From: a virus
Strand: one strand, 5' to 3'
DNA length: 64,000 nucleotides
IMG/VR virus record: IMGVR_UViG_3300032323_002909
Span: 64,001 to 128,000 of that record
Below, in pieces: positions 55,156-64,000 of this stretch (the first letter of the stretch is position 1; the number at the start of each line of letters is the position of its first letter). The position numbers and the translations under genes were made by a program. The notes under the pieces were generated by a model, which worked only from the letters and a program-made list of their open reading frames with translations, was not told the origin of the DNA and did no database searches.

Positions 55156-57701
55156 TTTTGATCGTATTGGTTCAATTTCAACATCTTGAAAGGATTTATT
55201 CTACACTCCATTTCAATTATACTGAAATACTTAGCATCATCTTTTAATAAGAATGAAATATTGAATATATTTTTCTTAGAATTGTAAGATATTTTTGGAG
55301 TATCCAAATACGTAAAACTAATATTACCAACAGTTATTTGTGGAATATCCAAATCTTTAAATATTTTTATTTTATGATCTATGGTATCATATTCATAAAT
55401 TGTCGGTATGATTTTGAAATTGCTTCCCCCTTCGATATTAACTCTATTTGAGATAACAAAATACACGAAATCATCTTTTTTGTAAGCATTGCTTATTTTA
55501 TTGAAATTGTCGTTATTGTGTGTGAATCGATAGGTTGATTCTGAAGGTGTCAAAAATTCCCCATTATCGTAATTTATTTTTGTTATGATATAGTTATTTG
55601 TTGTTTCTATGAACAACACATCAGATGTTATATCAAATGCCCTCACACCACTGACACACTCATTATAAGTTGATAGTGGTAAAACATCTGCCAAATACGA
55701 CAATTGAGTTTCTAGTTTTGAAATCGCCATATCATAAGCATTTCTAACATAAATACCACCTTTCAAGTTGTATCTTTCGTATAATGTTTTGTTTTCCCCT
55801 TCTGGTGTATCATCAATTAATGTCGGTAAGAATACCGTACTATCATAGACACTACCTACACTAAAATCTTCACCTTGAGAAGTATTAGAAAACGATCCAC
55901 CATCAATTAAGTATGCAGATAGGTTGTTTGGCACTACTTCCATAGTCATATTAGCAGTTAATGATGGAAACAATGGGTCTACTAATGCTCTCTGTAAAGG
56001 ATTTATACTATGTATACCACCTTCTACCAATATCGAATAATAATACGAACCGCTATTTTCATATGCACTTAAGTCGGACGCGATGGTATCGATATATGGA
56101 ACTTCACCATCGGTAAAAAATACACCATCGAAAGTATTTACGATTGGAAAATATTCAGGGCTATAATAAAAATAATCATTTGTGAATGTTCCAGCTATTA
56201 TCTGTGTAAAGTTACCACTGAGGACAAATCCATTTGTAAATGAGCTTAACCCTGATCTAGTAGTATCCGTAAAGGTAGTGTTGTCAACAACTGAATAATC
56301 AAAACTATACCCTTCACCATAAAGATAATCGAAAAATGTGTGACCATTCAGTATTTGATACGCTGAAAATTGATCATTATCTTTTAGGATGGATTTTTTA
56401 AAACTGCCATCATTTTTCATCAAACCAAATAGATTATTATAAATATCTTTTTTAGAATCTTGTATATATCCTTGTGTGAAAACATCATCAAGATATTTTT
56501 TAGAATTTGGTTCTATTTTTGATATGTATCCATAATATTTGCTATCATCTTTTTTACTAAATGGTTTATTAGTTGCTTTACCAGATGTAAAATTTCGTCT
56601 AACCGAGTCATCACTATTAATAAAGGTTAAAACATCACCATTAACTCCTCTTATGTTTGGATCAGGGAAATAATAAATTGTATTTGGTTCAAGTCTATCT
56701 AAATTATATGTATATCTCGTTGTATTGCCATCAATATTGATAATTGATGTTTTATGTGGTCTGAAAAAGCCAATAGTGTCTGGAGTGACTAATACTTTCT
56801 TGTCACTAGACGCTGTCGTTGGGTTATCGATATTGAAAAAATTTAAAGCTGGTCTATCTGCTTTGAACAATAAACCAGATACAAAATCAGTCACTGTGGA
56901 ACCAGTCGATAAATAGTAGAAATCGTTGCCAATGTATTTTTGGGTTAATTTTCTTTTATTATCTAATAAGTCATTTATTTCTTTTTGTTCCAGTTGTTTT
57001 TCGCTAAAATTTGAAAATACTTCTGTAATTAATTCGTTATTATCTTTTAAAAAAAGATTTAAATCGTAGTCTAAATCTTTATTGTCGTATATTTTATCAT
57101 TTGGTGTTTGATTAAAATATAATGGGTAGATATCATATAATTCTTCGATTTCTATGTTCAACTCTTCTTTTAAAATGTTGATATCGAATAAATATGCGCT
57201 ATCTTGTAGACCTTCCAAGTAACTAATTATATTATTTTTTAATTCTGTCTTTAAAAGATTGGATGTGCCAGTCATCTTTTTCTTGATGACTTGATATTTG
57301 AGTTCCTCTCTTTTTTTATTGTAGAAATTAGATATTTCTATTAATTTTTTACTATAAAAGGGTACCGCTAATTCTAAATCTAGAGGATCATCTAAATTTA
57401 TTTGTGATAGAAATTTTTTCTCATCTTCATTTGTATAATTGAGAGATATATCTTTGATGAAATCTCTATATTTTTTTACAATAGTAGTTTTGGAATCTTC
57501 TTCTTTTAAATTTTTTACACTGTGCCATTCTTTGATATAGCTTACGTAAACCGACTGCATTAACTGTGGTGATATTACACTGTCTATTATTTTTATAAAT
57601 TCCAAAAACGAGAACGGGTTTTCCAAATCTAAAGCATTAGTACTACTAACGTTAGGATTCGTTATCGATTTTGGAACAATATAATTTAATGTATCAGCCA
57701 T
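55152..57701 (-). CDS. putative baseplate wedge structural protein
   Basis: Large ORF downstream of the gp6 module; TAAATA 6 nt upstream. Confidence 0.65.
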   Translation of the reverse strand: MADTLNYIVPKSITNPNVSSTNALDLENPFSFLEFIKIIDSVISPQLMQSVYVSYIKEWHSVKNLKEEDSKTTIVKKYRDFIKDISLNYTNEDEKKFLSQINLDDPLDLELAVPFYSKKLIEISNFYNKKREELKYQVIKKKMTGTSNLLKTELKNNIISYLEGLQDSAYLFDINILKEELNIEIEELYDIYPLYFNQTPNDKIYDNKDLDYDLNLFLKDNNELITEVFSNFSEKQLEQKEINDLLDNKRKLTQKYIGNDFYYLSTGSTVTDFVSGLLFKADRPALNFFNIDNPTTASSDKKVLVTPDTIGFFRPHKTSIINIDGNTTRYTYNLDRLEPNTIYYFPDPNIRGVNGDVLTFINSDDSVRRNFTSGKATNKPFSKKDDSKYYGYISKIEPNSKKYLDDVFTQGYIQDSKKDIYNNLFGLMKNDGSFKKSILKDNDQFSAYQILNGHTFFDYLYGEGYSFDYSVVDNTTFTDTTRSGLSSFTNGFVLSGNFTQIIAGTFTNDYFYYSPEYFPIVNTFDGVFFTDGEVPYIDTIASDLSAYENSGSYYYSILVEGGIHSINPLQRALVDPLFPSLTANMTMEVVPNNLSAYLIDGGSFSNTSQGEDFSVGSVYDSTVFLPTLIDDTPEGENKTLYERYNLKGGIYVRNAYDMAISKLETQLSYLADVLPLSTYNECVSGVRAFDITSDVLFIETTNNYIITKINYDNGEFLTPSESTYRFTHNNDNFNKISNAYKKDDFVYFVISNRVNIEGGSNFKIIPTIYEYDTIDHKIKIFKDLDIPQITVGNISFTYLDTPKISYNSKKNIFNISFLLKDDAKYFSIIEMECRINPFKMLKLNQYDQK

Positions 57702-57706
57702 TTTTA

Positions 57707-59794
57707 TTATTTAACCAGTCCGAGGGATTGATAAAGATTGTCTCTGAATAAAAAATTGATCAGAAATGACCTAAATTCAGGTAATTCGTGTTCCACGAGT
57801 ATAAATTCTCCGTTTTGTGTTAATAATGGTTGATTATCTTCACCTCTAATAACATATTCCGAAAACAACATATCGTAATATATACTACTATTGTCCAATA
57901 TGGTATTATCATATACAGTATTATCGTAGCCATCAACATACTCGAAAAATAAATAATATTTTTCCATGTCTTTATATTGAAATTCTGATGGTAAAACTAA
58001 TCCCCACCCCCAATTCGAATTATACCCCGATAATTTGTAAGAATTCGTCCCTGTTTCTTCAGTTGGTTGTCTAGTGTTTAACAACGTATATTCATTACTA
58101 AATTTTTCGAGTGCTACTATAGGTATACCTGCTGATATTGTGTATGTGTCAGTGTTAATACGATCACCTAAATTCGTTCCATATATTTCTTTTGTCGAGA
58201 ATCCTCTAATATCAAAGTTTTGATTGAATTTATTTTTAATACCCAACAACTTATTATCGGTCATCGAAGATAAATCCATTATTCTTTTAATTTTTTCAGG
58301 ATATGCTATTAACAGAGAGTCATAGATATTGTTGGGCGTTATCCCCATCATTTTCATCTGAGAAATCAATGCTGTAATTTCATTTCTATCAACATCTTGT
58401 GTATTACCTACAAAATTTGATATTTTTTCATATATTTTTTTACCCAAAGTATCATATGATGAGTCTATATTTCCAAATATTGAACCGATGAATTCATCAA
58501 ACAGAATATTTTTCTCTAATAAAATTTCTTGAAATCTCAATCCTTTGAACATCTCAGTAGCATCAAAGTCTTCATTTATTTTAGTCATCGAAATGAAATT
58601 TTGGGGATAAACATCAAATACATTAGATGCACCATTTAATGTGTAAACTGTTCCATTTATAGACGATATACTGCCACTTACTGTAATTTTAACATCGTTT
58701 AGTTTTTCATCGCTATCAAATATGATACTTTTCCGAACAGAACCATCGAAATTTTCAATATTTTTTAATGTATAATACGCACTATCGATCAAATCTTCAC
58801 CTGATAATACTTGAAATGTAAAGGTGGATGCTGATAATGGTTTAAGACTCTTAACAGTAAAATGATCTTCATCTTTTACTTTTATCACAAAAGACATTTC
58901 AACATTATGAAATTTTTCACTATCAATATCAAACACTGTTGATGGATAGAATTCACCATCCATACCATTGGTTGTTATACTAAACTTATTAATTGTATCA
59001 TTTTCAATAATCTTTGCGGATAATGTTATCGAGGAGTTGTTATTGTATATTTCATTAGTTCTTCTATCGAAGAAAAACTCGATATTAACATCATCTATTG
59101 TATCATTTTTAAAAAATACTGTATTCTTACCAGAAAGACCAACATAAAATGAACCGTCATCACTTTTATCAGCGAATACTAATGTATTGTTTGCAATTTT
59201 TGCATATACCTCTGATGTAGGTATGGCTATTTTATCAACTTCGATATATTCGAAAGACTTTTTTTGATAATTGTATTTTTTTTCAAACATTGAATAATTA
59301 TTTTTCAAATGTCTGAATTTATCTGCCGTATTTTGAAAGTAATAAATACTATCAGAATTATAAACTCTGTAATAAATATCACCTTGTTCAGTATTTAAAG
59401 GATAAAACGCTACAAGGTTGATAGGTCCTCCGATTTTACCTGTTTTCCATGTGATATCATTGTTGTATGTTGGATCGTCAAACGTTATATTAAAAGTATG
59501 TGGTAAAAAATCTTTAATTACTACTGGTTTAGAATTAACAGAAATGATGGCATTGGAAAAACAATCATAAATTGTTAAATTAGTCACATATTTTCCAGCT
59601 TTTTCGTAATATTTTGTAGCTGTTAGTGCTGAAGAATAAGTATTGTCTCCAAAATCCCATAATAATTTTATAAATGAAAAATTAGTTACATTTGGTATAA
59701 AAGTCAATGGGGTTTCCTTCAATGCGTAGGAACTCAAAGAATTTTGATTTTTGAAATCAATTATAGAATAATTAATGTTTTCTAAATTACTCAT
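57707..59794 (-). CDS. PKD-domain baseplate protein (gp7-like position)
   Basis: LWDFGD..Y...G.Y...L PKD motif; coupled to gene 6. Confidence 0.7.
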   Translation of the reverse strand: MSNLENINYSIIDFKNQNSLSSYALKETPLTFIPNVTNFSFIKLLWDFGDNTYSSALTATKYYEKAGKYVTNLTIYDCFSNAIISVNSKPVVIKDFLPHTFNITFDDPTYNNDITWKTGKIGGPINLVAFYPLNTEQGDIYYRVYNSDSIYYFQNTADKFRHLKNNYSMFEKKYNYQKKSFEYIEVDKIAIPTSEVYAKIANNTLVFADKSDDGSFYVGLSGKNTVFFKNDTIDDVNIEFFFDRRTNEIYNNNSSITLSAKIIENDTINKFSITTNGMDGEFYPSTVFDIDSEKFHNVEMSFVIKVKDEDHFTVKSLKPLSASTFTFQVLSGEDLIDSAYYTLKNIENFDGSVRKSIIFDSDEKLNDVKITVSGSISSINGTVYTLNGASNVFDVYPQNFISMTKINEDFDATEMFKGLRFQEILLEKNILFDEFIGSIFGNIDSSYDTLGKKIYEKISNFVGNTQDVDRNEITALISQMKMMGITPNNIYDSLLIAYPEKIKRIMDLSSMTDNKLLGIKNKFNQNFDIRGFSTKEIYGTNLGDRINTDTYTISAGIPIVALEKFSNEYTLLNTRQPTEETGTNSYKLSGYNSNWGWGLVLPSEFQYKDMEKYYLFFEYVDGYDNTVYDNTILDNSSIYYDMLFSEYVIRGEDNQPLLTQNGEFILVEHELPEFRSFLINFLFRDNLYQSLGLVK

Positions 59795-61595
59795 TTGTTA
59801 TTACTATTTTTTTGTATATTGATTGTGGATTGTAAAAGTATGGAAATTTGAAAAATTCCAAGGTTGTCGTTTGTGATACAATACTTTCATCAGAATTTTC
59901 ATATATCGGATTCCATGCAAAAAATGATATACCATTGAATACTTCATTGTTATTAACCGTTTTGAGTCCAGATACTCCTTCTAATTTTAAAATGTTGGAC
60001 GTTAATTGTGATAAATCCAATTTCTGACCCAATTTGTTATTAGAATTTTTGAAAAACTCCAATATAATATCTCCGATTTTTCGTTTTAATGTTTCGGGAT
60101 TTGTTCTAAAATTGTTTGTTCTGGATATTTCCAAATAACTACTGTTAATAACATCCAAAGTCGGTGTCGAGTTTGTATAACCAATATCAAATGCTACATA
60201 AACAGGATCTCTTGGTATGATCTCATGACTAATTATTTTTCTAGTCGAGGCTTTATCGATGATAAGATTTTTTAAACTATTTGAAAGAAAAGGTGGATAC
60301 GATCCATCCGTTGTTATTTCAAATTTAGGAACGCAAAATATGTTTACATTATTAAAATCACAAGAATCCGCAAAATTTACTTGATTTATAATTACCCTAT
60401 TCGATTTGTTAGGGTCTACGCAAATTTTGTAGAAGTAATCAATATATTCACTTATGAAAGTTTTATTACTAACTGTTTTAACAGATGCGATGATATTTGA
60501 CAGTTCTTTGCCTAAAAATGCATCATCATAATCTTGTTCTGTTACCAATTTTAGCTGAGAATTTAGATATTTTGGAACATTTTCTTTAATTTGTTCAACC
60601 GTTTCAGCATTTGAAACTGGTGTTGAATTTTCAGTATTGTTGAATGATAAAGTTCCAGTATTTGACAAGTTTATAACCTCATCAGTGCTAATAACCGTTG
60701 TGTCGGCATATATTTCATTAAAACGTGAAGTGTTATAGTTGAATAACTTATTACCATTGATAGCACCTTTGCTAATTATCCCTTTGGTATTATCACTTAA
60801 CAGGTAATATATTGCCACCTCGTCTTCATTTTTCAATTTTCTACCAAAAACATCATTTCCAAATTTTACTTCATATAACCCATTATCGTTTAGTCTTACA
60901 CTATAATATCGGTCGTTATTTCTGGCTAAGAAAATATTTTCAATCTGTTCATAACGATGCCACTTACCGTCAATTTTTTCTTTAACATAAACACTTATAG
61001 TACCATCTGCAATAAAACGTACATCATTTTTATCTACTCTATTCTCTACGACAATTGGTAAAGTTTCAAAATCTACTCCAATAGCGGTATATATTGGATA
61101 TTCATTGATATTACCTTGATATAAAATTAGATTATTTTTAATATTTTCAATGTTTTGCTCACCCGAAACAGTCTTTTCAAATGTGAAATCATCTAAAATA
61201 GTGTATGCGATCTTATCAACTAGAAAAAAACTATATTTTTTGAGTGTATAGCTACCTTCGGGGAGAGCAGAACTTGCAGTGCAATCGACAGGAACTAATG
61301 ATGTCTGTTTACCTGTTGGTTTATAACCTATTAAATTTACAATTTTATTTACATTTTCATACAATGTTGCTTGCGAAAACATACTTTCGGATGCGGTCTG
61401 ATTCAAATAAAACAGCAAAACATGGTAACTATATGCAATTATATCAATAAAAGCTGCTAAATTACTACCTTCATAATTTTGATCAGTAAAAGTAGCATTT
61501 TCATTCAATCTTTGGATGATAAAATCTTTCAGAGAAAGAGCATCGAAATTGATGTAAGCGTTTTGTGGTAAATTGTATTCCAGAGATTCTTTCAT
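59787..61595 (-). CDS. 6: baseplate wedge subunit gp6
   Basis: FTDQNYEGSNL..IDIIAY..L.FY.N..ESM..A, IGYKP, FGNDVFG, ETVEQIK..P..Q..VT..DY. Confidence 0.92.
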   Translation of the reverse strand: MKESLEYNLPQNAYINFDALSLKDFIIQRLNENATFTDQNYEGSNLAAFIDIIAYSYHVLLFYLNQTASESMFSQATLYENVNKIVNLIGYKPTGKQTSLVPVDCTASSALPEGSYTLKKYSFFLVDKIAYTILDDFTFEKTVSGEQNIENIKNNLILYQGNINEYPIYTAIGVDFETLPIVVENRVDKNDVRFIADGTISVYVKEKIDGKWHRYEQIENIFLARNNDRYYSVRLNDNGLYEVKFGNDVFGRKLKNEDEVAIYYLLSDNTKGIISKGAINGNKLFNYNTSRFNEIYADTTVISTDEVINLSNTGTLSFNNTENSTPVSNAETVEQIKENVPKYLNSQLKLVTEQDYDDAFLGKELSNIIASVKTVSNKTFISEYIDYFYKICVDPNKSNRVIINQVNFADSCDFNNVNIFCVPKFEITTDGSYPPFLSNSLKNLIIDKASTRKIISHEIIPRDPVYVAFDIGYTNSTPTLDVINSSYLEISRTNNFRTNPETLKRKIGDIILEFFKNSNNKLGQKLDLSQLTSNILKLEGVSGLKTVNNNEVFNGISFFAWNPIYENSDESIVSQTTTLEFFKFPYFYNPQSIYKKIVITNE

Positions 61596-61604
61596 TATAA
61601 TTAT

Positions 61605-62090
61605 TTAGAGTGTTGTATAGCCTATCGTGTTTAATTTCGATTTAATCGATAATCCTTCTACGTTTAACGAAGGAACATTTATTTGTAAGTAAATTTCATA
61701 TTCATTATCATCTGGTTTAGGAACCACAAGAACTCCAGATACTTCGATTCTTGGTTCACTCAGCGACAATTTTCTAATAATATCATCCTGTATCACATCT
61801 GCGGTGTATTTATTAATAGGTTCGAATAAAAATCTACGTAAATCTACTCCAAAAGTAGGATTTAATATTTTTTGTCCAGGTGATGTTAGAAAACAATTCG
61901 CTACACTATTTTTAATTGCTTCGATATCAAAAATTGCTTGGACATCTTTCAAACTCTCTTTTTTATTGAGTTGACTATTCACATAATATTGTGTATTAAG
62001 GTCAAAATCGATATCTTTATACAAATAACCATTATCTAATGACTTTTGCTTAATATCGTTATTTTTAAGAGATGTTATCTTTATGCTCAT
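61605..62090 (-). CDS. 25: baseplate wedge subunit gp25
   Basis: YKDID, AIKNSV.N..T.PG..NP.FG..L...LFEP, EPRI. Confidence 0.92.
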   Translation of the reverse strand: MSIKITSLKNNDIKQKSLDNGYLYKDIDFDLNTQYYVNSQLNKKESLKDVQAIFDIEAIKNSVANCFLTSPGQKILNPTFGVDLRRFLFEPINKYTADVIQDDIIRKLSLSEPRIEVSGVLVVPKPDDNEYEIYLQINVPSLNVEGLSIKSKLNTIGYTTL

Positions 62091-62124
62091 ACAATTATTT
62101 AGATTCTTATTAAATAATTGTATG
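62088..62124. promoter_or_regulatory. back-to-back late promoters forming a perfect 14-bp inverted repeat
   Basis: CATACAATTATTTA-9 nt-TAAATAATTGTATG; each arm is TAAATA-N5-ATG. Confidence 0.75.
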
Positions 62125-64000
62125 CCAAAGATTTCTCAACTTAATTCAGCATTAACACCATTATCAGGAAAAGAAGTAATCGTTCTTAACCAGAACGGGG
62201 TGACATATAATACTGAATTGGATACGCTCACACAGTTTATCAGTGCTTCTACTAGAATAGGTGATTTGTCTAGCAATCTAACCAATTTGACAACTTTGGT
62301 TAGAGTATCAAGTGGTGATTGGGAGAATACCCATACTACAATGACTTTATTGTCTGGGAATTGGCAGAGCACTTACACCACTTTTTCAAGCAATTCGGCT
62401 AATTTTGCTGTCAAAAACGCCAATAATTTTTTTACTGCTGATCAAACTTTTTCAACAGGTCGAATCAACTTGAGCACATTTCCAATACGAGTATTGGCAG
62501 ATAGTAATATTTCTATTGGTTTAAGCGCAGGTAATCTAACAACAAGTCCTACTAATACCACATTTATAGGTCGTAATGCTGGAAACAATGCGACATCCGT
62601 CACAAATTCTAATTTTATAGGTTTAAATGCTGGTCTCTCTGCTACAAATGCTAGCAATTCGAATTTCTTTGGTAATAATGCTGGAAATCGCGCCACAATT
62701 GCCGAAAATTCTAATTTCTTAGGTCGTAATGCTGGTCTCTCTGCTACAAATGCTAATAATTCTAATTTCTTGGGTCAAAATGCTGGACATGGAGCTACAA
62801 ATGCTGCTTCTTCTAATTTTTTCGGTAATTGTGCTGGAAATCGAGCTATTAATGCTAATAATTCTAATTTCTTAGGTGCTTATGCTGGATTTTGTGCTAC
62901 AAATGCTTATAATTCTAATTTTTTAGGTCCAGATGCTGGATGTAGAGCTACAAATGCTAAACAATCTAATTTTTTAGGTAATAATGCTGGAGAATGCGCT
63001 ACAAATGCTTGTTATTCTAATTTCCTTGGTAAAAATGCTGGAAACCGTGCTACAAGTGCTGTTGTTTCCAATTTTATAGGTAATAACGCTGGCTTTTATG
63101 CTACAAATTCTAGTAATTCTAATTTTTTTGGTGGAGACACTGGACAATGCGCTACAAATGCTAGTTATTCTAATTTCTTGGGTAATCAAGCTGGAAAATA
63201 CGGGACTAATGCTAATAATTCTAATTTCTTTGGTAGAAATGCTGGATATTGCGCTACAAACGCTAACAATTCTAATTTCTTAGGTAGAGAAGCTGGATAT
63301 TGCGCTACAAATGCTTCTTTTTCTAATTTTTTGGGTAATAATGCTGGTCTCTCTGCCAGAAATGCTTTTTTTTCTAATTTCTTAGGTAGAAATTCTGGAA
63401 ATCTCGCTACTTTTTCTTGTTGCTCTAATTTTTTCGGTAGTGCTGCTGGATCTAATGCTACGTGCGCCCACAATTCTAATTTTGTGGGTGGGAGTGCTGG
63501 ATTTGGTGCTACAAATGCTTGTTATTCTAATTTTGTAGGTAAGAATAGTGGAGGATCTGCCACAAATGCTAATAATTCTAATTTCTTCGGTGAATCTGCT
63601 GGATACAACGCGACTGATGCTAATAATTCTAATTTTTTTGGACAGGAAGCTGGAAACAACGCGACTGATGCTAATAATTCTAATTTTTTAGGTGGCAGTG
63701 CTGGATATCAAGCTACAAATGCTAATAATTCCAATTTTTTAGGTAATAATGCTGGATATTGCGCTACAAATGCTAATGATTCTAATTTTTTAGGTAACAG
63801 TGCTGGATATTGCGCTACATATGCTTCTAATTCTAATTTCTTCGGCAATAATGCTGGATTTGGTGCTACTAATGCTAATAATTCCAATTTTTTAGGCTCT
63901 GGCGCTGGAGGTCACGCTTCTTGTGCTTACTTTTCTAATTTTCTGGGTGAATTCGCTGGAAATTCCGCTACAAGTGCTAATAATTCTAATTTTTTTGGTA
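62122..64000 (+). CDS. long tail fibre or adhesin with beta-solenoid repeats, runs off the window end
   Basis: Not in the ORF track because it has no stop. MPKISQLNSALTPLSGKE... then (ATNANNSNFLGxxAGxx)n. Confidence 0.85.
   Translation, partial: MPKISQLNSALTPLSGKEVIVLNQNGVTYNTELDTLTQFISASTRIGDLSSNLTNLTTLVRVSSGDWENTHTTMTLLSGNWQSTYTTFSSNSANFAVKNANNFFTADQTFSTGRINLSTFPIRVLADSNISIGLSAGNLTTSPTNTTFIGRNAGNNATSVTNSNFIGLNAGLSATNASNSNFFGNNAGNRATIAENSNFLGRNAGLSATNANNSNFLGQNAGHGATNAASSNFFGNCAGNRAINANNSNFLGAYAGFCATNAYNSNFLGPDAGCRATNAKQSNFLGNNAGECATNACYSNFLGKNAGNRATSAVVSNFIGNNAGFYATNSSNSNFFGGDTGQCATNASYSNFLGNQAGKYGTNANNSNFFGRNAGYCATNANNSNFLGREAGYCATNASFSNFLGNNAGLSARNAFFSNFLGRNSGNLATFSCCSNFFGSAAGSNATCAHNSNFVGGSAGFGATNACYSNFVGKNSGGSATNANNSNFFGESAGYNATDANNSNFFGQEAGNNATDANNSNFLGGSAGYQATNANNSNFLGNNAGYCATNANDSNFLGNSAGYCATYASNSNFFGNNAGFGATNANNSNFLGSGAGGHASCAYFSNFLGEFAGNSATSANNSNFFG
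62557..64000 (+). repeat. 51-bp (17-aa) coding tandem repeat, at least 28 units
   Basis: TCTAATTT anchor at 62608, 62659, 62710, 62761 ... 63985, consistent with an unbroken 51-bp period. Confidence 0.92.

Noticed and set aside
62557-64000. CRISPR array
   Set aside because: The period is 51 bp, a multiple of 3, in one open frame; repeats are degenerate with no unique spacers, so this is a coding repeat
1-64000. Stop-codon reassignment
   Set aside because: Core genes are full length in the standard code, coding density is high, and TAA, TGA and TAG all end plausible genes
1-64000. tRNA or rRNA genes
   Set aside because: Intergenic gaps are short and I saw no cloverleaf or T-loop pattern in them; tRNAscan-SE would settle it

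Overview
AT-rich segment (roughly 30% GC by eye) of a large T4-like tailed phage genome using the standard genetic code. It has five blocks. (1) 1-12.5 kb, minus strand: a 15-gene sugar-nucleotide and glycosyltransferase operon with three GT11, GT17, GT25, four GT2-like enzymes, Fcl, an RfbH/E1-type 3-dehydratase, a sugar C-methyltransferase and a P-loop kinase. (2) 12.5-17.8 kb: a frameshifted TnsA-like endonuclease, PhoH, small late or internal-protein genes and a GIY-YIG nuclease. (3) 17.8-18.15 kb: an AT-rich strand-switch region resembling a replication origin. (4) 18.4-46.5 kb, mostly plus strand: the T4-type replication and recombination core (UvsY, UvsW, gp55, gp47, gp46, gp43, UvsX, gp41, gp32, gp45, gp61), interspersed with late-promoter genes for putative head-packaged proteins. 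(5) 46.5-64 kb: baseplate and tail-fibre genes (gp6, gp25, a 17-aa-repeat fibre). The most notable signals are: a 459-bp unit bounded by two attC-like sites with complementary R boxes, which looks like an integron gene cassette next to the DNA polymerase promoter; an L-S-[A/G/S] motif enriched in outer virion proteins, a candidate O-glycosylation sequon for the phage glycan operon; promoters placed 5-8 nt from start codons, implying leaderless mRNAs; and a family of N-terminally tagged capsid cargo proteins including a kinase, a GNAT and a protease. All calls come from reading motifs by eye; no database search was run.
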